A DNA stretch of 53,023 bases from an archaeon (GTDB lineage: Archaea; Nanobdellota; Nanobdellia; SCGC-AAA011-G17; VGLX01). The position numbers were made by a program, and so were the translations under genes. The notes beneath the pieces were generated by a model that had not been told where the DNA came from, made no database searches, and saw only the letters and a program-made list of their open reading frames with translations. Of the stretch, positions 17,629 to 26,019 are shown in pieces. The DNA is taken from positions 1-53,023 of the forward strand of contig JAZDEN010000038.1 of assembly GCA_043808805.1 (NCBI GenBank), read 5' to 3'. Within the stretch, counting starts at the first letter, position 1. Each line of letters opens with the position of its first letter.

Positions 17629-18592
17629 ACAGGAATCATTCCTGAGAGGTATACAGAGAGAGGCAAGGGCAGGAAACAACGCATACGAACTCATGGCATA
17701 CCCAAAAGGTTACGTGGGAGTGCAGCAAAACGTAAGGGACATAATAATAGTGGGACAGATAGTAGGAAAGGAAGTCGGCTATGAAGGAGATAATTTAGGA
17801 AGAGCATACCAGAAAGCAAGAAGATTCTTCAGCGAAAAAATACTGGGAAAGAAAAAACACACAATAGAAGAATTACTCGACATGCAATCAAGGAACATAG
17901 CACTCCTAAGCACAAACCTGAGAAACATAAACGAAGAGGCAAAAGAAGAAAGGACCAACATAATAAATTACTACGAAGAGATATGCGACGAATTCAGGCA
18001 GAACATACTCACAAACCCTGAAAGACAGAAAAAACTCAGGATGAAAACACAGGAATTCTCAACTCTAAGGCAAAAAATCAACGGGAAAAGGTATGACCAA
18101 GAATACTTTGATATTGAAAAAAGATTCAGGGAGACAAGAAGGCAGCAGGCAGAAGAAGAACACGAATACACAATGAGGATGAGAGACACGGTAAAACTCG
18201 AACAGGAAAAGGGGTTCCTCGACATCATGGAACAACTATTGACAAAATCAATACACCTCAGCGAGATGTACACAAGAGAAAGCGAATACATACAGAGACA
18301 CGTCGAAAGGACGAAGAATGCATACATAAGGCTGATAAGACAGCAGGGACAGTTCTTCCTGCTGAGAAACGGAGTGGAAAAGCTGAAAGACTACATGGTA
18401 AACCTGCAGAAGGGAGTTATAAGAGGGATATCAGAGATGAACATGGTCGTGAACGGAACAGACGCATTAAACGCAGTGTACGCACCAAACATGGGAAACC
18501 TCAAAGCAATAATAGAAGACATAAGGAACGCAGAGAACGAAAGGGCAATACAGATGGAAAAAATGCTAGGGGGAAATAAGCTTCTCAAATGA
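17600..18592 (+). CDS. all-helical coiled-coil protein, unknown function
   Basis: 330 aa. The ATG is preceded by ggaggag. The sequence is long, heptad-like and charged. Overlaps the upstream small gene by 29 nt, suggesting a functional pair. Confidence 0.6.
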   Translation: MGELVRLVNEQESFLRGIQREARAGNNAYELMAYPKGYVGVQQNVRDIIIVGQIVGKEVGYEGDNLGRAYQKARRFFSEKILGKKKHTIEELLDMQSRNIALLSTNLRNINEEAKEERTNIINYYEEICDEFRQNILTNPERQKKLRMKTQEFSTLRQKINGKRYDQEYFDIEKRFRETRRQQAEEEHEYTMRMRDTVKLEQEKGFLDIMEQLLTKSIHLSEMYTRESEYIQRHVERTKNAYIRLIRQQGQFFLLRNGVEKLKDYMVNLQKGVIRGISEMNMVVNGTDALNAVYAPNMGNLKAIIEDIRNAENERAIQMEKMLGGNKLLK

Positions 18593-18964
18593 AAAACCAA
18601 CCTTCTCGGCATGAGCAAGCGTAACATAATAAAAATTGTTGCCCTCACTCCTCAACATCATATCAGGCCTAAGGAAATACCAGCCCTCACGGTCAAAACG
18701 GACTCCAACCCAGGGCTCTGCACCAAAACGGCTTGCAAATGTAACCAACTGGTCAATCTCCTCATTAGGAAAATACTTCTTAGGGTCACGGACAGACTTG
18801 CATTCAATAGCAAGGTAACGCTTTGTGTTCGATGCGAGAATGTCAGGAGAAGGCAATGGGACTGAACCAGAACCTGGTGCGCGCAGAGCTGCCCACACAC
18901 CAGTATCCCAGAACTTATGCAACAATTCCCTTTCCGCTTTACTCCCTTTAGATTTAGTGCTCAT
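18566..18964 (-). CDS. hjc: Holliday junction resolvase Hjc
   Basis: Contains KGSKAERELLHKFWDTGVWAALRAPGSGS...PDILASNTKRYLAIECKS. This is the archaeal Hjc layout with the E-x-K catalytic motif. Confidence 0.85.
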   Translation of the reverse strand: MSTKSKGSKAERELLHKFWDTGVWAALRAPGSGSVPLPSPDILASNTKRYLAIECKSVRDPKKYFPNEEIDQLVTFASRFGAEPWVGVRFDREGWYFLRPDMMLRSEGNNFYYVTLAHAEKVGFSFEKLISP

Positions 18965-19000
18965 AAAAAGAAAAAATAGGAACTTGAATTATAAGTTTTT

Positions 19001-19441
19001 CTATCTCATAACCCAAGCAATTACCATGCCACCCAAAAGGTAGATAACCAGGCTCTCAAAAGCCCAGTAGAGCACAAGTGCAGCAGGCAGGTTGATCAAA
19101 AGCAACATCATAAGGAAGCCTGAAACACCGCCGATAAGGAAAGCGAGAACACCGAAGTTCAAACCTTTCCTGGCAACAGTCTTACCCGGAACAGAGTTCT
19201 TGACAACCCCATAAACAAGAGCCACAAATATCCCGCCAACAACCCCAAACAATATAGAATAGAGGTAAAACGAAGCTGGTGGAGGCCCTGCATTAGGCAT
19301 CATAATCTTAGACCAAACACTAAAGTAGGCCGGATTGGTGTAATAACCCATCGTAAGCCAAGAGCCAAGCGTGTGGATTATTTGAGACAAAAAAGCAAAA
19401 AGAACCCCAGCCCAGAAAACCTTCCAAATGCTGAATTTCAT
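19001..19441 (-). CDS. membrane protein (4 TM), unknown function
   Basis: The ATG at 19441 is used (MKFSIWKVFWAGVLFAFL...) because the track start at 19450 is a TTG. Four hydrophobic helices. Confidence 0.55.
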   Translation of the reverse strand: MKFSIWKVFWAGVLFAFLSQIIHTLGSWLTMGYYTNPAYFSVWSKIMMPNAGPPPASFYLYSILFGVVGGIFVALVYGVVKNSVPGKTVARKGLNFGVLAFLIGGVSGFLMMLLLINLPAALVLYWAFESLVIYLLGGMVIAWVMR

Positions 19442-19495
19442 GTTAAACAAGAAATCAAAGAAGTATAAAAGGTTTTTGAAAAAAAATAAAGCTTT

Positions 19496-20284
19496 TTACA
19501 AACCACAAATACTTTTCAGGCTAACACTCGTTATGTTGGAGCATTGTTTCAAGGATAAATAACAATCATCTCTATACCTTTGAGACGATATTTCTTGACA
19601 AACTTCACCCTTACCAAAATCGTATCGCTTTTTATTAAGTTCCACGACTTTGTAGACACAATAATCTTTGTTTAAGGGACTTTTTGCCCTGCACAAATCC
19701 AATGCAGTTGGAACATCCTTACCTGTAACCCCATTCATTACCGTAAACAATTGGTACATTTCAAAGAGTTGCGGCCCAACTACCCCCAATACCAAAAAAA
19801 TAATAAAAGCTCCAATAAATGTCCTTTTGAATACCTTTTCTTGTTTCAGATTTGTTGGATCTTCAAAATTAAACGGCTTTTTGTTGTTATAAAAGTAATC
19901 TTTTCTCTTTAATAAGTACCATAAAAATAGTGAATCAAATAATATGCTGAAAACGGGGGAATAAATCTGGTTAAAGGATTCAAGATTAAATAAAGTAGTA
20001 ACAAAGTATATTGCAGAAACTAATACCGATAAGCTAAACCAAACCAGAGCCAATTTATACAGGGAATATACCCTCTTGTTGATACCTACCAAAATTAAAA
20101 TTGTAACTACTAATGAAATAATAATGAATATATCACCTAGTGGACCACTTAGAAATCCAAAAAGTGCGATATTTGTAAACAGCGTCCTTCTCAAAATAAG
20201 GGAGATAATGTTACCAACTATCCCTAAAACCAGTAATACTCTAATCCATCTTAGCCCATCTGGAAGTTTTTGTTTTTTAGGCAT
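19496..20284 (-). CDS. membrane protein with C-terminal Cys-rich extracytoplasmic domain, unknown function
   Basis: 262 aa. About 5 TM helices are followed by a tail with 6 Cys (CRAKSPLNKDYC...CQEISSQRYRDDC...CSNITSVSLKSIC). Confidence 0.55.
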   Translation of the reverse strand: MPKKQKLPDGLRWIRVLLVLGIVGNIISLILRRTLFTNIALFGFLSGPLGDIFIIISLVVTILILVGINKRVYSLYKLALVWFSLSVLVSAIYFVTTLFNLESFNQIYSPVFSILFDSLFLWYLLKRKDYFYNNKKPFNFEDPTNLKQEKVFKRTFIGAFIIFLVLGVVGPQLFEMYQLFTVMNGVTGKDVPTALDLCRAKSPLNKDYCVYKVVELNKKRYDFGKGEVCQEISSQRYRDDCYLSLKQCSNITSVSLKSICGL

Positions 20285-20382
20285 ATTACCCAGTAAATTA
20301 ACAAACTACCTTGCTTAAATATATTATTGTTATCCTCTCGATAAGAACTTCCTTTTTAAAAAAAATAAAGAAAAATAAAGCC

Positions 20383-20553
20383 TTACAAATCCCTAGGCTT
20401 AACTGTTGATCTGTTATTGTCCTTTGCCCTTCTAGCGGCATCAGCAACCAATTCTTCAACTTTCTTGCTGAGAGCCTCAGCAAAGTCCCCAGAAACATTC
20501 ATTCCCTTTGCATATTCTTTTATCTTACTTCTAACAACCAATAAATCTGCCAT
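20383..20553 (-). CDS. small histone-fold-like (DUF1931-like) protein, putative
   Basis: MADLLVVRSKIKEYAKGMNVSGDFAEALSKKVEELVADAARRAKDNNRSTVKPRDL resembles the single histone-fold unit of DUF1931-type proteins (xxFxxxLxxxVxxLxxxAxxRAKxNxRxTVxxxDL). An alternative upstream ATG at 20607 would add 18 aa. Confidence 0.4.
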   Translation of the reverse strand: MADLLVVRSKIKEYAKGMNVSGDFAEALSKKVEELVADAARRAKDNNRSTVKPRDL

Positions 20554-20661
20554 GTTTATCACAACCTCCAATGTTTTTAGATAAGCGGAATAAGGCTCTA
20601 AAGCCATAAACTCGCTATTACAACGAAATTAGGAAAAAGAAGTGGTATATAAACTTTTTCG

Positions 20662-21624
20662 TTAAATTTTTCTGAAAATCACAACTTTATAATACATGTT
20701 AGAAACAAAAATTTCCCTCTCTTTCACAGGTTTAAAGCCAGCTCTCTTGGCACAAACCAACAAAAGCTCTGGCTTGTGCGAAATCAAAGTCAAAGAGCCA
20801 GAATCCTTCAACATGTTCCTAGCCTGGTGGAAGAACTCCCTGTAAACACTCTCGATGGCAGCCTGCTTCTTCCTCTTGGAAATGAAAGGAGGGCAGGTTA
20901 TTATGAAATCAACAGAATTCTCATCAACCTTCATATCAAGAGAGTCAACATTAGATTTGACAAACTTAACCTTCGCATTGGCAAGCTTCGCATTGATCTT
21001 AGCAGCCCTTATGTTATTAGCAGACTCATCAAGACCAACAGCGCTCTTGCAGCCAACCAAAGATGCTTCAATGGGGATGACACCATCCTTGCAGAAGGGA
21101 TCAACAACTATGCTTGATTTCTTCACTCCTGAGAACTTTATTGCTGCCGCAGCAAGGCAGGCGTTGATCGATGCACTGAAAGACTTGATCCTGTAAGAAC
21201 GCTTGCACAAATCATTCATGGCAAGAAGGCCTATGCAACAATTGTCATCAACAATGTCAACTATTACAGTGTTGTCTGGATTCTTCAGATTCACTTTAAA
21301 TCCCTTTTTGTAAATGACTTCACCGACATCCTTCTCTATTATCTTTGAATTGAAATCATGCTGGCCCTGCCTGAAACAGCGGACAACAAAAGAACCCTTT
21401 AAAGAGAACTTCAATTTAGAGGACTTTGATATTAAATCTTGCAATGAGGAAAACCTGAAATGGCCCAGGTAAGAATAAACCCTGTTAACCAATCTAGGAG
21501 AAAAACCCTTCAAATCCTTAGCCTCAAACAACATATGACCATCATAAATCCTCTTACAAGGAGATTTTACTTCCTTACAAGCAAGGTCTTCAGCACCCTT
21601 CATCGTAACAGCAACATATTTCAT
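20662..21624 (-). CDS. THUMP-domain RNA (tRNA guanine-N2 type) methyltransferase
   Basis: 320 aa. An N-terminal THUMP-like region is followed by the SAM fold VDPFCKDGVIPIEASLVG and the catalytic motif IV ITCPPF, as in Trm14/Trm11/RlmL-type enzymes. Confidence 0.7.
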   Translation of the reverse strand: MKYVAVTMKGAEDLACKEVKSPCKRIYDGHMLFEAKDLKGFSPRLVNRVYSYLGHFRFSSLQDLISKSSKLKFSLKGSFVVRCFRQGQHDFNSKIIEKDVGEVIYKKGFKVNLKNPDNTVIVDIVDDNCCIGLLAMNDLCKRSYRIKSFSASINACLAAAAIKFSGVKKSSIVVDPFCKDGVIPIEASLVGCKSAVGLDESANNIRAAKINAKLANAKVKFVKSNVDSLDMKVDENSVDFIITCPPFISKRKKQAAIESVYREFFHQARNMLKDSGSLTLISHKPELLLVCAKRAGFKPVKEREIFVSNMYYKVVIFRKI

Positions 21625-21890
21625 TTTTTTACCTCAAAGTTAGGGAACTCAGCCCTGTACTTCTCCTCAACAACCTCAACGTTCTTCACAACAGCACCCT
21701 TAGGGCCCTTATGACAGAACTCAACCATCTCAGCAACAGAATCATCATTACCCTCAAAAACAGCCTCGAGATGGTCGTTGAAGTTACGGACAAAACCCTT
21801 CACATGGAGCTTCTCAGCCAACAGCTTAGTGTTATGCCTGAAGAAAACTCCCTGGACAGTACCATAAACAAAGACATGGGTACGCCTCAT
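21621..21890 (-). CDS. acyP: acylphosphatase
   Basis: 89 aa. VYGTVQGVFFRHNTKLLAEKLHVKGFVRNFNDHLEAVFEG matches the acylphosphatase signature V-x-G-x-VQGV-x-FR ... G-x-V-x-N. Confidence 0.85.
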   Translation of the reverse strand: MRRTHVFVYGTVQGVFFRHNTKLLAEKLHVKGFVRNFNDHLEAVFEGNDDSVAEMVEFCHKGPKGAVVKNVEVVEEKYRAEFPNFEVKK

Positions 21891-22864
21891 AGGACCTCCG
21901 CGACATACAACTCATTCTTATCCTCAACAATCCTGACCCTAACCTTATCACCAACCTTAGCCAGGCAATCATTGATGCTTATGCAACGGTTATCAGCAAC
22001 GCCAATCACCTGATTCTTAATCCAGCCAGGAGCTTTTATTACAACACTAATCTTGTCCCCTTTCTTGAAAACAGATGGAAGACGAGGCATCTTAGTTATC
22101 TTGAAATTATGCCTTGTTAATTTAAGTTTGGTACCATATTTCTTCTCAAGGGCATCAAGCTGCTTGTAGAACCTCCACCAGTTAACATGCTTAGCCTGCT
22201 TCAGCTTCCTACCATACTTGTAAATCTCATACTTTTGAATACCGAGCTTCACATCCAAAGACTTTGCAAACTTGACAATATCCTCAATATCATCATCATT
22301 AACCTTCGGAAGCCAGACAGGAGCTATCAACAACTCAATCTTAGACTTAGAAATGTGCTCAGCAACTTTCATTACCTTTTTTATGTCATAAGCGTTTGCC
22401 CCACACAACATCCTGGCCTTATCAGGATTCAAAGTGTTCATGGAAAGGTTAATCCTCTTAATGCCTGCCTTCTCAAGATCATCAACAACCTTCTCTGTAA
22501 GGAGAACACCGTTGGTCTGCATTGACATGAAAGAAACACCCTTAATCCTTGAACATTCTGCAACGAGCTTAACAAAATCCCTGTAAGTCAAAACCTCACC
22601 GACAGAATCAAAATTCAATTCAACACCCTCACCCTTAAACCTGACTATGTCCTTGATCCAGTCAACAAGATAAGGAAGATCAACCTCATAACTATTAGGG
22701 TGGACAGAAACATCATTAGCATTAGTGGAACAGAAAGGACACCTGAGATTACAGACACTCGTGGGCCTGACCTGAATCAGATTAGTGCCCCTGTCAATTA
22801 TGCCAAAGGCTATGCAACCTATAAGCGGGATACCCGAATCCCTTGTAATCCTGACCAGCCCCAT
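21887..22864 (-). CDS. radical SAM protein with C-terminal beta-barrel (TRAM/PUA-like) extension
   Basis: Internal ATG at 22864 (MGLVRITRDSG...). CNLRCPFCS is the CxxxCxxC cluster motif. The N-terminal 42 aa of the track ORF look non-coding. Confidence 0.75.
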   Translation of the reverse strand: MGLVRITRDSGIPLIGCIAFGIIDRGTNLIQVRPTSVCNLRCPFCSTNANDVSVHPNSYEVDLPYLVDWIKDIVRFKGEGVELNFDSVGEVLTYRDFVKLVAECSRIKGVSFMSMQTNGVLLTEKVVDDLEKAGIKRINLSMNTLNPDKARMLCGANAYDIKKVMKVAEHISKSKIELLIAPVWLPKVNDDDIEDIVKFAKSLDVKLGIQKYEIYKYGRKLKQAKHVNWWRFYKQLDALEKKYGTKLKLTRHNFKITKMPRLPSVFKKGDKISVVIKAPGWIKNQVIGVADNRCISINDCLAKVGDKVRVRIVEDKNELYVAEVL

Positions 22865-22918
22865 AAAAAAAAGGTCCAGAAAAAACTTAATAAAGCTTGT
22901 GATAAGGATATTTGAGGC

Positions 22919-23221
22919 ATGAAAAAAGACACATACCACCTTTTTGCAGAAGAAGGAAACCCGAAGGGTTACGGCTTGCCCAAAGTGCACGTCATCACGT
23001 CGGGAATAAAGTTAGATGGAGAATGGGAGAATATAGTAGGTATAATGAAAAAGGTGCCAAACCTAGAGAACATGGTGGCGGTTTACGAGGTCCCGGCAAA
23101 CATGAAAAGCATGAAGATGTACAGGGACCTGACACCAAAAGAGATAGAAACATGGATAAAGGATCTAGCACAAGGAAGTAAAGATGAGAACTATACAGAT
23201 AAAAGAAGCACTAAAAGATGA
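22919..23221 (+). CDS. hypothetical protein
   Basis: 100 aa with an ATG start and host-like codon usage. The 3' end overlaps the selU start by 38 nt. No family recognised. Confidence 0.45.
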   Translation: MKKDTYHLFAEEGNPKGYGLPKVHVITSGIKLDGEWENIVGIMKKVPNLENMVAVYEVPANMKSMKMYRDLTPKEIETWIKDLAQGSKDENYTDKRSTKR

Positions 23222-24179
23222 ACACTTCTTCATAGACGTCAGAACGCCTGCAGAGTTTGAAGAGTCAACAATACCCTGGGCCATAAACATACCACTTTTC
23301 AGCAACGAGGAAAGAGCGATAGTCGGAAAGCTCTACACTCAAGTAGGACAGAAAGAGGCCATGGAGAAAGGATATGAGTTTGTCAATGAAAAACTACCAC
23401 AACTCCTTGAAAGCGTCAGGAAACACAAGGAGAAAAAGCTAATCGTGTTCTGCTGGAGAGGCGGGATGAGAAGCAAATCACTCGGGATGCTGCTAGAAAG
23501 CATAGGATTTGATGTCATGCAGCTAGAAGGAGGACACAAGGCATACAGAAATTATGTTATTGAAGAACTGGAAAACTACAAGGCAAAGGGAAAGTTCATA
23601 GTCCTCTATGGGATGACAGGGTGTGGAAAAACAAAGATGCTGAAACAATTCAAAAACTCACTAGACCTTGAAGGACTGGCACAGCACAGAAGCTCACTCT
23701 TCGGGGACATAGGGCTGAAACCAAGAAGCCAGAAGATGTTTGAGGCATTACTGGTGAAAAGACTTAACGAACTGAAAGATTATGATCACATAATAACAGA
23801 AGGGGAGAGCAGGAAGATAGGCAGGGTGGTAATACCAGAATCAATATTCAAGGAGATGCACAGGGGAATAAATGTAAAAGTTGAAGCAAGCATGGAGCAA
23901 AGGATATGCAACCTGATAGAATGCTACTCAAACAAGGAAGATGAAAAGATAATAGAGAAGATAAAAATGCTCAGCAAAAGCTTAGGCAAAAAAAGAACAG
24001 AAGAAATGCTCAAACTCTTTGAAGAAAAGAAATTCGAGGAAGTCGCAAGAATACTGCTTGAAGAATACTACGACCCATTGTATTCACACACGATAAACAA
24101 GCAGGAATACGCAATGACAATAACACCTGAAGAGATAGAGAACATAAAAAAACTCATTCTTCTTTCTTCACATATTTAG
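23184..24179 (+). CDS. selU: tRNA 2-selenouridine synthase (SelU/MnmH): rhodanese domain plus P-loop domain in one polypeptide
   Basis: Close pattern match to E. coli SelU as I recall it. Shared segments: IDVRTPAEFEESTIPWAINIPLFSNEERAIVGKLYTQVGQ, FCWRGGMRS (rhodanese active-site Cys loop), LEGGHKAYR, YGMTGCGKT (Walker A), LDLEGLAQHRSSLFG, LLEEYYDPLY. Confidence 0.85.
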   Translation: MRTIQIKEALKDEHFFIDVRTPAEFEESTIPWAINIPLFSNEERAIVGKLYTQVGQKEAMEKGYEFVNEKLPQLLESVRKHKEKKLIVFCWRGGMRSKSLGMLLESIGFDVMQLEGGHKAYRNYVIEELENYKAKGKFIVLYGMTGCGKTKMLKQFKNSLDLEGLAQHRSSLFGDIGLKPRSQKMFEALLVKRLNELKDYDHIITEGESRKIGRVVIPESIFKEMHRGINVKVEASMEQRICNLIECYSNKEDEKIIEKIKMLSKSLGKKRTEEMLKLFEEKKFEEVARILLEEYYDPLYSHTINKQEYAMTITPEEIENIKKLILLSSHI

Positions 24180-25152
24180 GGTAGACATTCGTGTCCATAA
24201 AAACTTTAGAAGTACGTATTGCCAAACCTTTCTCTTTCTTAACCATGTCATCGGAATTCATCAATGCATTGCCAAGACAGACCAGCTCATCCTTCAAAGT
24301 AAAGACAGCAACCAGATCATCAGGATTGATGCCAGAATGGACCTTGCTTATCCCAGGAACAGAAAGAACAGCACCATGACAGAGAGAATCAACAGTGGTA
24401 TCAAAAACCCAAACCTTAGGAAGATGTGAGACAGCATACTCCAAATGATGGATAACTTCCCTAATCAACTTATCATTATTATCAGACTTCCAGACCTCAT
24501 AAGCATCCTTCAAATCATGAAGAGAAACCCAGTTATCATCCCTGAAAGGACCTGCCTTCGTCCTAACCAACTGAACCATGTGGGCACCAACCTTAAGATT
24601 CAAACCCCAATCATGAACCAACTTCCTTATGTAAGTACCCGCCTGACAACCAACCCTGAAAAGAACATACTGGCCATCAACCTCAAGAATATTAAGATAA
24701 TATATCTCACGGACACGCTGCTGCCTCTTAATAGCAGAACGTCTTGGGGGTAATTGATTTATCCTCCCAGTCACCTTATCAAGGGACTTACGAATCTTAT
24801 CCTCATCGACAGGATCATGCAAATACATCATACATACGTACTCCTTGCCGGCATTCAGAAGGGTCTGAACAATCCTAGTACCCTTGCCAAGAGCTATCGG
24901 CAGGACACCAGTAACCTTAGGATCAAGAGTTCCAGAATGACCAACCTTACTCAGGTTCAGAATCTTCTTGACGTAATCAGAAACCTGATGTGAAGTAGGA
25001 CCTGAGTGCTTGTTAAGATTAATTATACCATAGTTGATCAATTCCTCAACGGTCCTAAGCTCAGGCCTCTTGCCATACTCATCACTCGTCGGGGCTTCAT
25101 TCCTAACAACAACATTCCTCGTTACTTTCTCAAACGGCAACAGCTCTTCCAT
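24154..25152 (-). CDS. cbf5: H/ACA RNP pseudouridine synthase Cbf5 (TruB family with PUA domain)
   Basis: Contains GIINLNKHSGPTSHQV, VGHSGTLDPKVTGVLPI (catalytic Asp motif) and a C-terminal PUA-like region. The 3' end overlaps convergent selU by 26 nt. Confidence 0.9.
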   Translation of the reverse strand: MEELLPFEKVTRNVVVRNEAPTSDEYGKRPELRTVEELINYGIINLNKHSGPTSHQVSDYVKKILNLSKVGHSGTLDPKVTGVLPIALGKGTRIVQTLLNAGKEYVCMMYLHDPVDEDKIRKSLDKVTGRINQLPPRRSAIKRQQRVREIYYLNILEVDGQYVLFRVGCQAGTYIRKLVHDWGLNLKVGAHMVQLVRTKAGPFRDDNWVSLHDLKDAYEVWKSDNNDKLIREVIHHLEYAVSHLPKVWVFDTTVDSLCHGAVLSVPGISKVHSGINPDDLVAVFTLKDELVCLGNALMNSDDMVKKEKGLAIRTSKVFMDTNVYPKYVKKEE

Positions 25153-25185
25153 AACACCACCTATATGGAAAAGATTTAAAAAACT

Positions 25186-25431
25186 TTAGGAATAAGAGGA
25201 CATCGTATCCCTCTTCTGCGCAAGATAAGACCTTCTGTCCATAAGTGAAAAAACCTTCTGCCGGTTGTTTGCAAAATACTGCTTTAGATAATCACACTCG
25301 TCCTTCGTCCTGCAGCCATTCCCCTGAGGAGGAATGATCCCCGCTTCCTTGCACAGAGGGAAACACACACAATCCTCAAGATGCTTTATCTCCCTAGTCA
25401 CCCTCTTTAGCTCCTTGTCGACTCTTCTCAT
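25186..25431 (-). CDS. small Cys-rich hypothetical protein
   Basis: 81 aa with CVCFPLC...C...C. ATG start. No family recognised. Confidence 0.4.
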   Translation of the reverse strand: MRRVDKELKRVTREIKHLEDCVCFPLCKEAGIIPPQGNGCRTKDECDYLKQYFANNRQKVFSLMDRRSYLAQKRDTMSSYS

Positions 25432-25496
25432 TTCATGACCTCCTGCGTTTACAGGGCATGCTAAAATTTCCAGAAATCAGTAGAGTGTAGAAAGGG

Positions 25497-25535
25497 ATTC
25501 AATAATCCTGGTCAACACTCTGCCAGGATTATTGA
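25497..25535. repeat. perfect 14-bp inverted repeat (hairpin) in a long non-coding spacer
   Basis: The arm ttcaataatcctgg (25497-25510) and its exact complement ccaggattattgaa (25522-25535) flank an 11-nt loop tcaacactctg. Confidence 0.9.
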
Positions 25536-25713
25536 AAATAATAGAACGCCCAATAGTTCCTAAGTCTAGCAAAACCTACAGAATCAGATTTTGCCATCGA
25601 ATTCATTGCTAATTTAGAAAACATACAGGATATAAAAAGGTTTTGGTGGTGCACAGAATAAATATAGTATACATGCTAACAATACTTAAAAATTAAATGT
25701 ACATACATCCTGT

Positions 25714-26019
25714 ATGGAATTATCAGAAATTGTGGCAGACCTTGAAAGTTTTATGAAATCAAGCAAGCTACCCATATATGAGATACATCTTCGCGTATTT
25801 GACAAGGAAAAACACGACCTTGACATACTAACTTCATACATCAAATTAGAAAGGTATGCAAAAGAAAAACACCTAAAATTGGATGTGGAGTACTGGATAA
25901 ATTCTACCAAGGTTCCATGCGTGTGCATTGAAAGGGACAGTTATAACCTCAGATTATTCGGGTACAAATACAGAATAAGCAAGGGCAGGATTATTCCTTC
26001 TTTTCCTCAACAGGATTAG
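25714..26019 (+). CDS. hypothetical protein (uncertain; atypical codon usage)
   Basis: 101 aa with a plausible amino-acid composition. It has more T-ending codons than neighbouring genes. The 3' end overlaps rpl31e by 29 nt. The antisense ORF 25686..25928 looks non-coding. Confidence 0.35.
   Translation: MELSEIVADLESFMKSSKLPIYEIHLRVFDKEKHDLDILTSYIKLERYAKEKHLKLDVEYWINSTKVPCVCIERDSYNLRLFGYKYRISKGRIIPSFPQQD

Noticed and set aside
22865-22990. N-terminal 42-aa extension of the radical SAM protein, and the alternative-frame ORF 22912..23181
   Set aside because: The extension is Phe/Cys/Leu-rich and overlaps the divergent promoter and gene. The alternative-frame ORF is Arg/Gly/His-rich and overlaps the better ORF 22919..23221.
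23184-24179. Looked for selenocysteine recoding (in-frame TGA with downstream structure) near selU
   Set aside because: No gene in the window needs an in-frame TGA to remain intact. SelU concerns tRNA selenouridine, not Sec insertion.
25497-25535. Considered the 14-bp hairpin as an H/ACA guide RNA (it lies next to cbf5) or a C/D box sRNA
   Set aside because: The stem is perfect, with no pseudouridylation pocket or K-turn. No ACA sits at the right distance on the plus strand. No RUGAUGA or CUGA boxes occur on either strand in the spacer.
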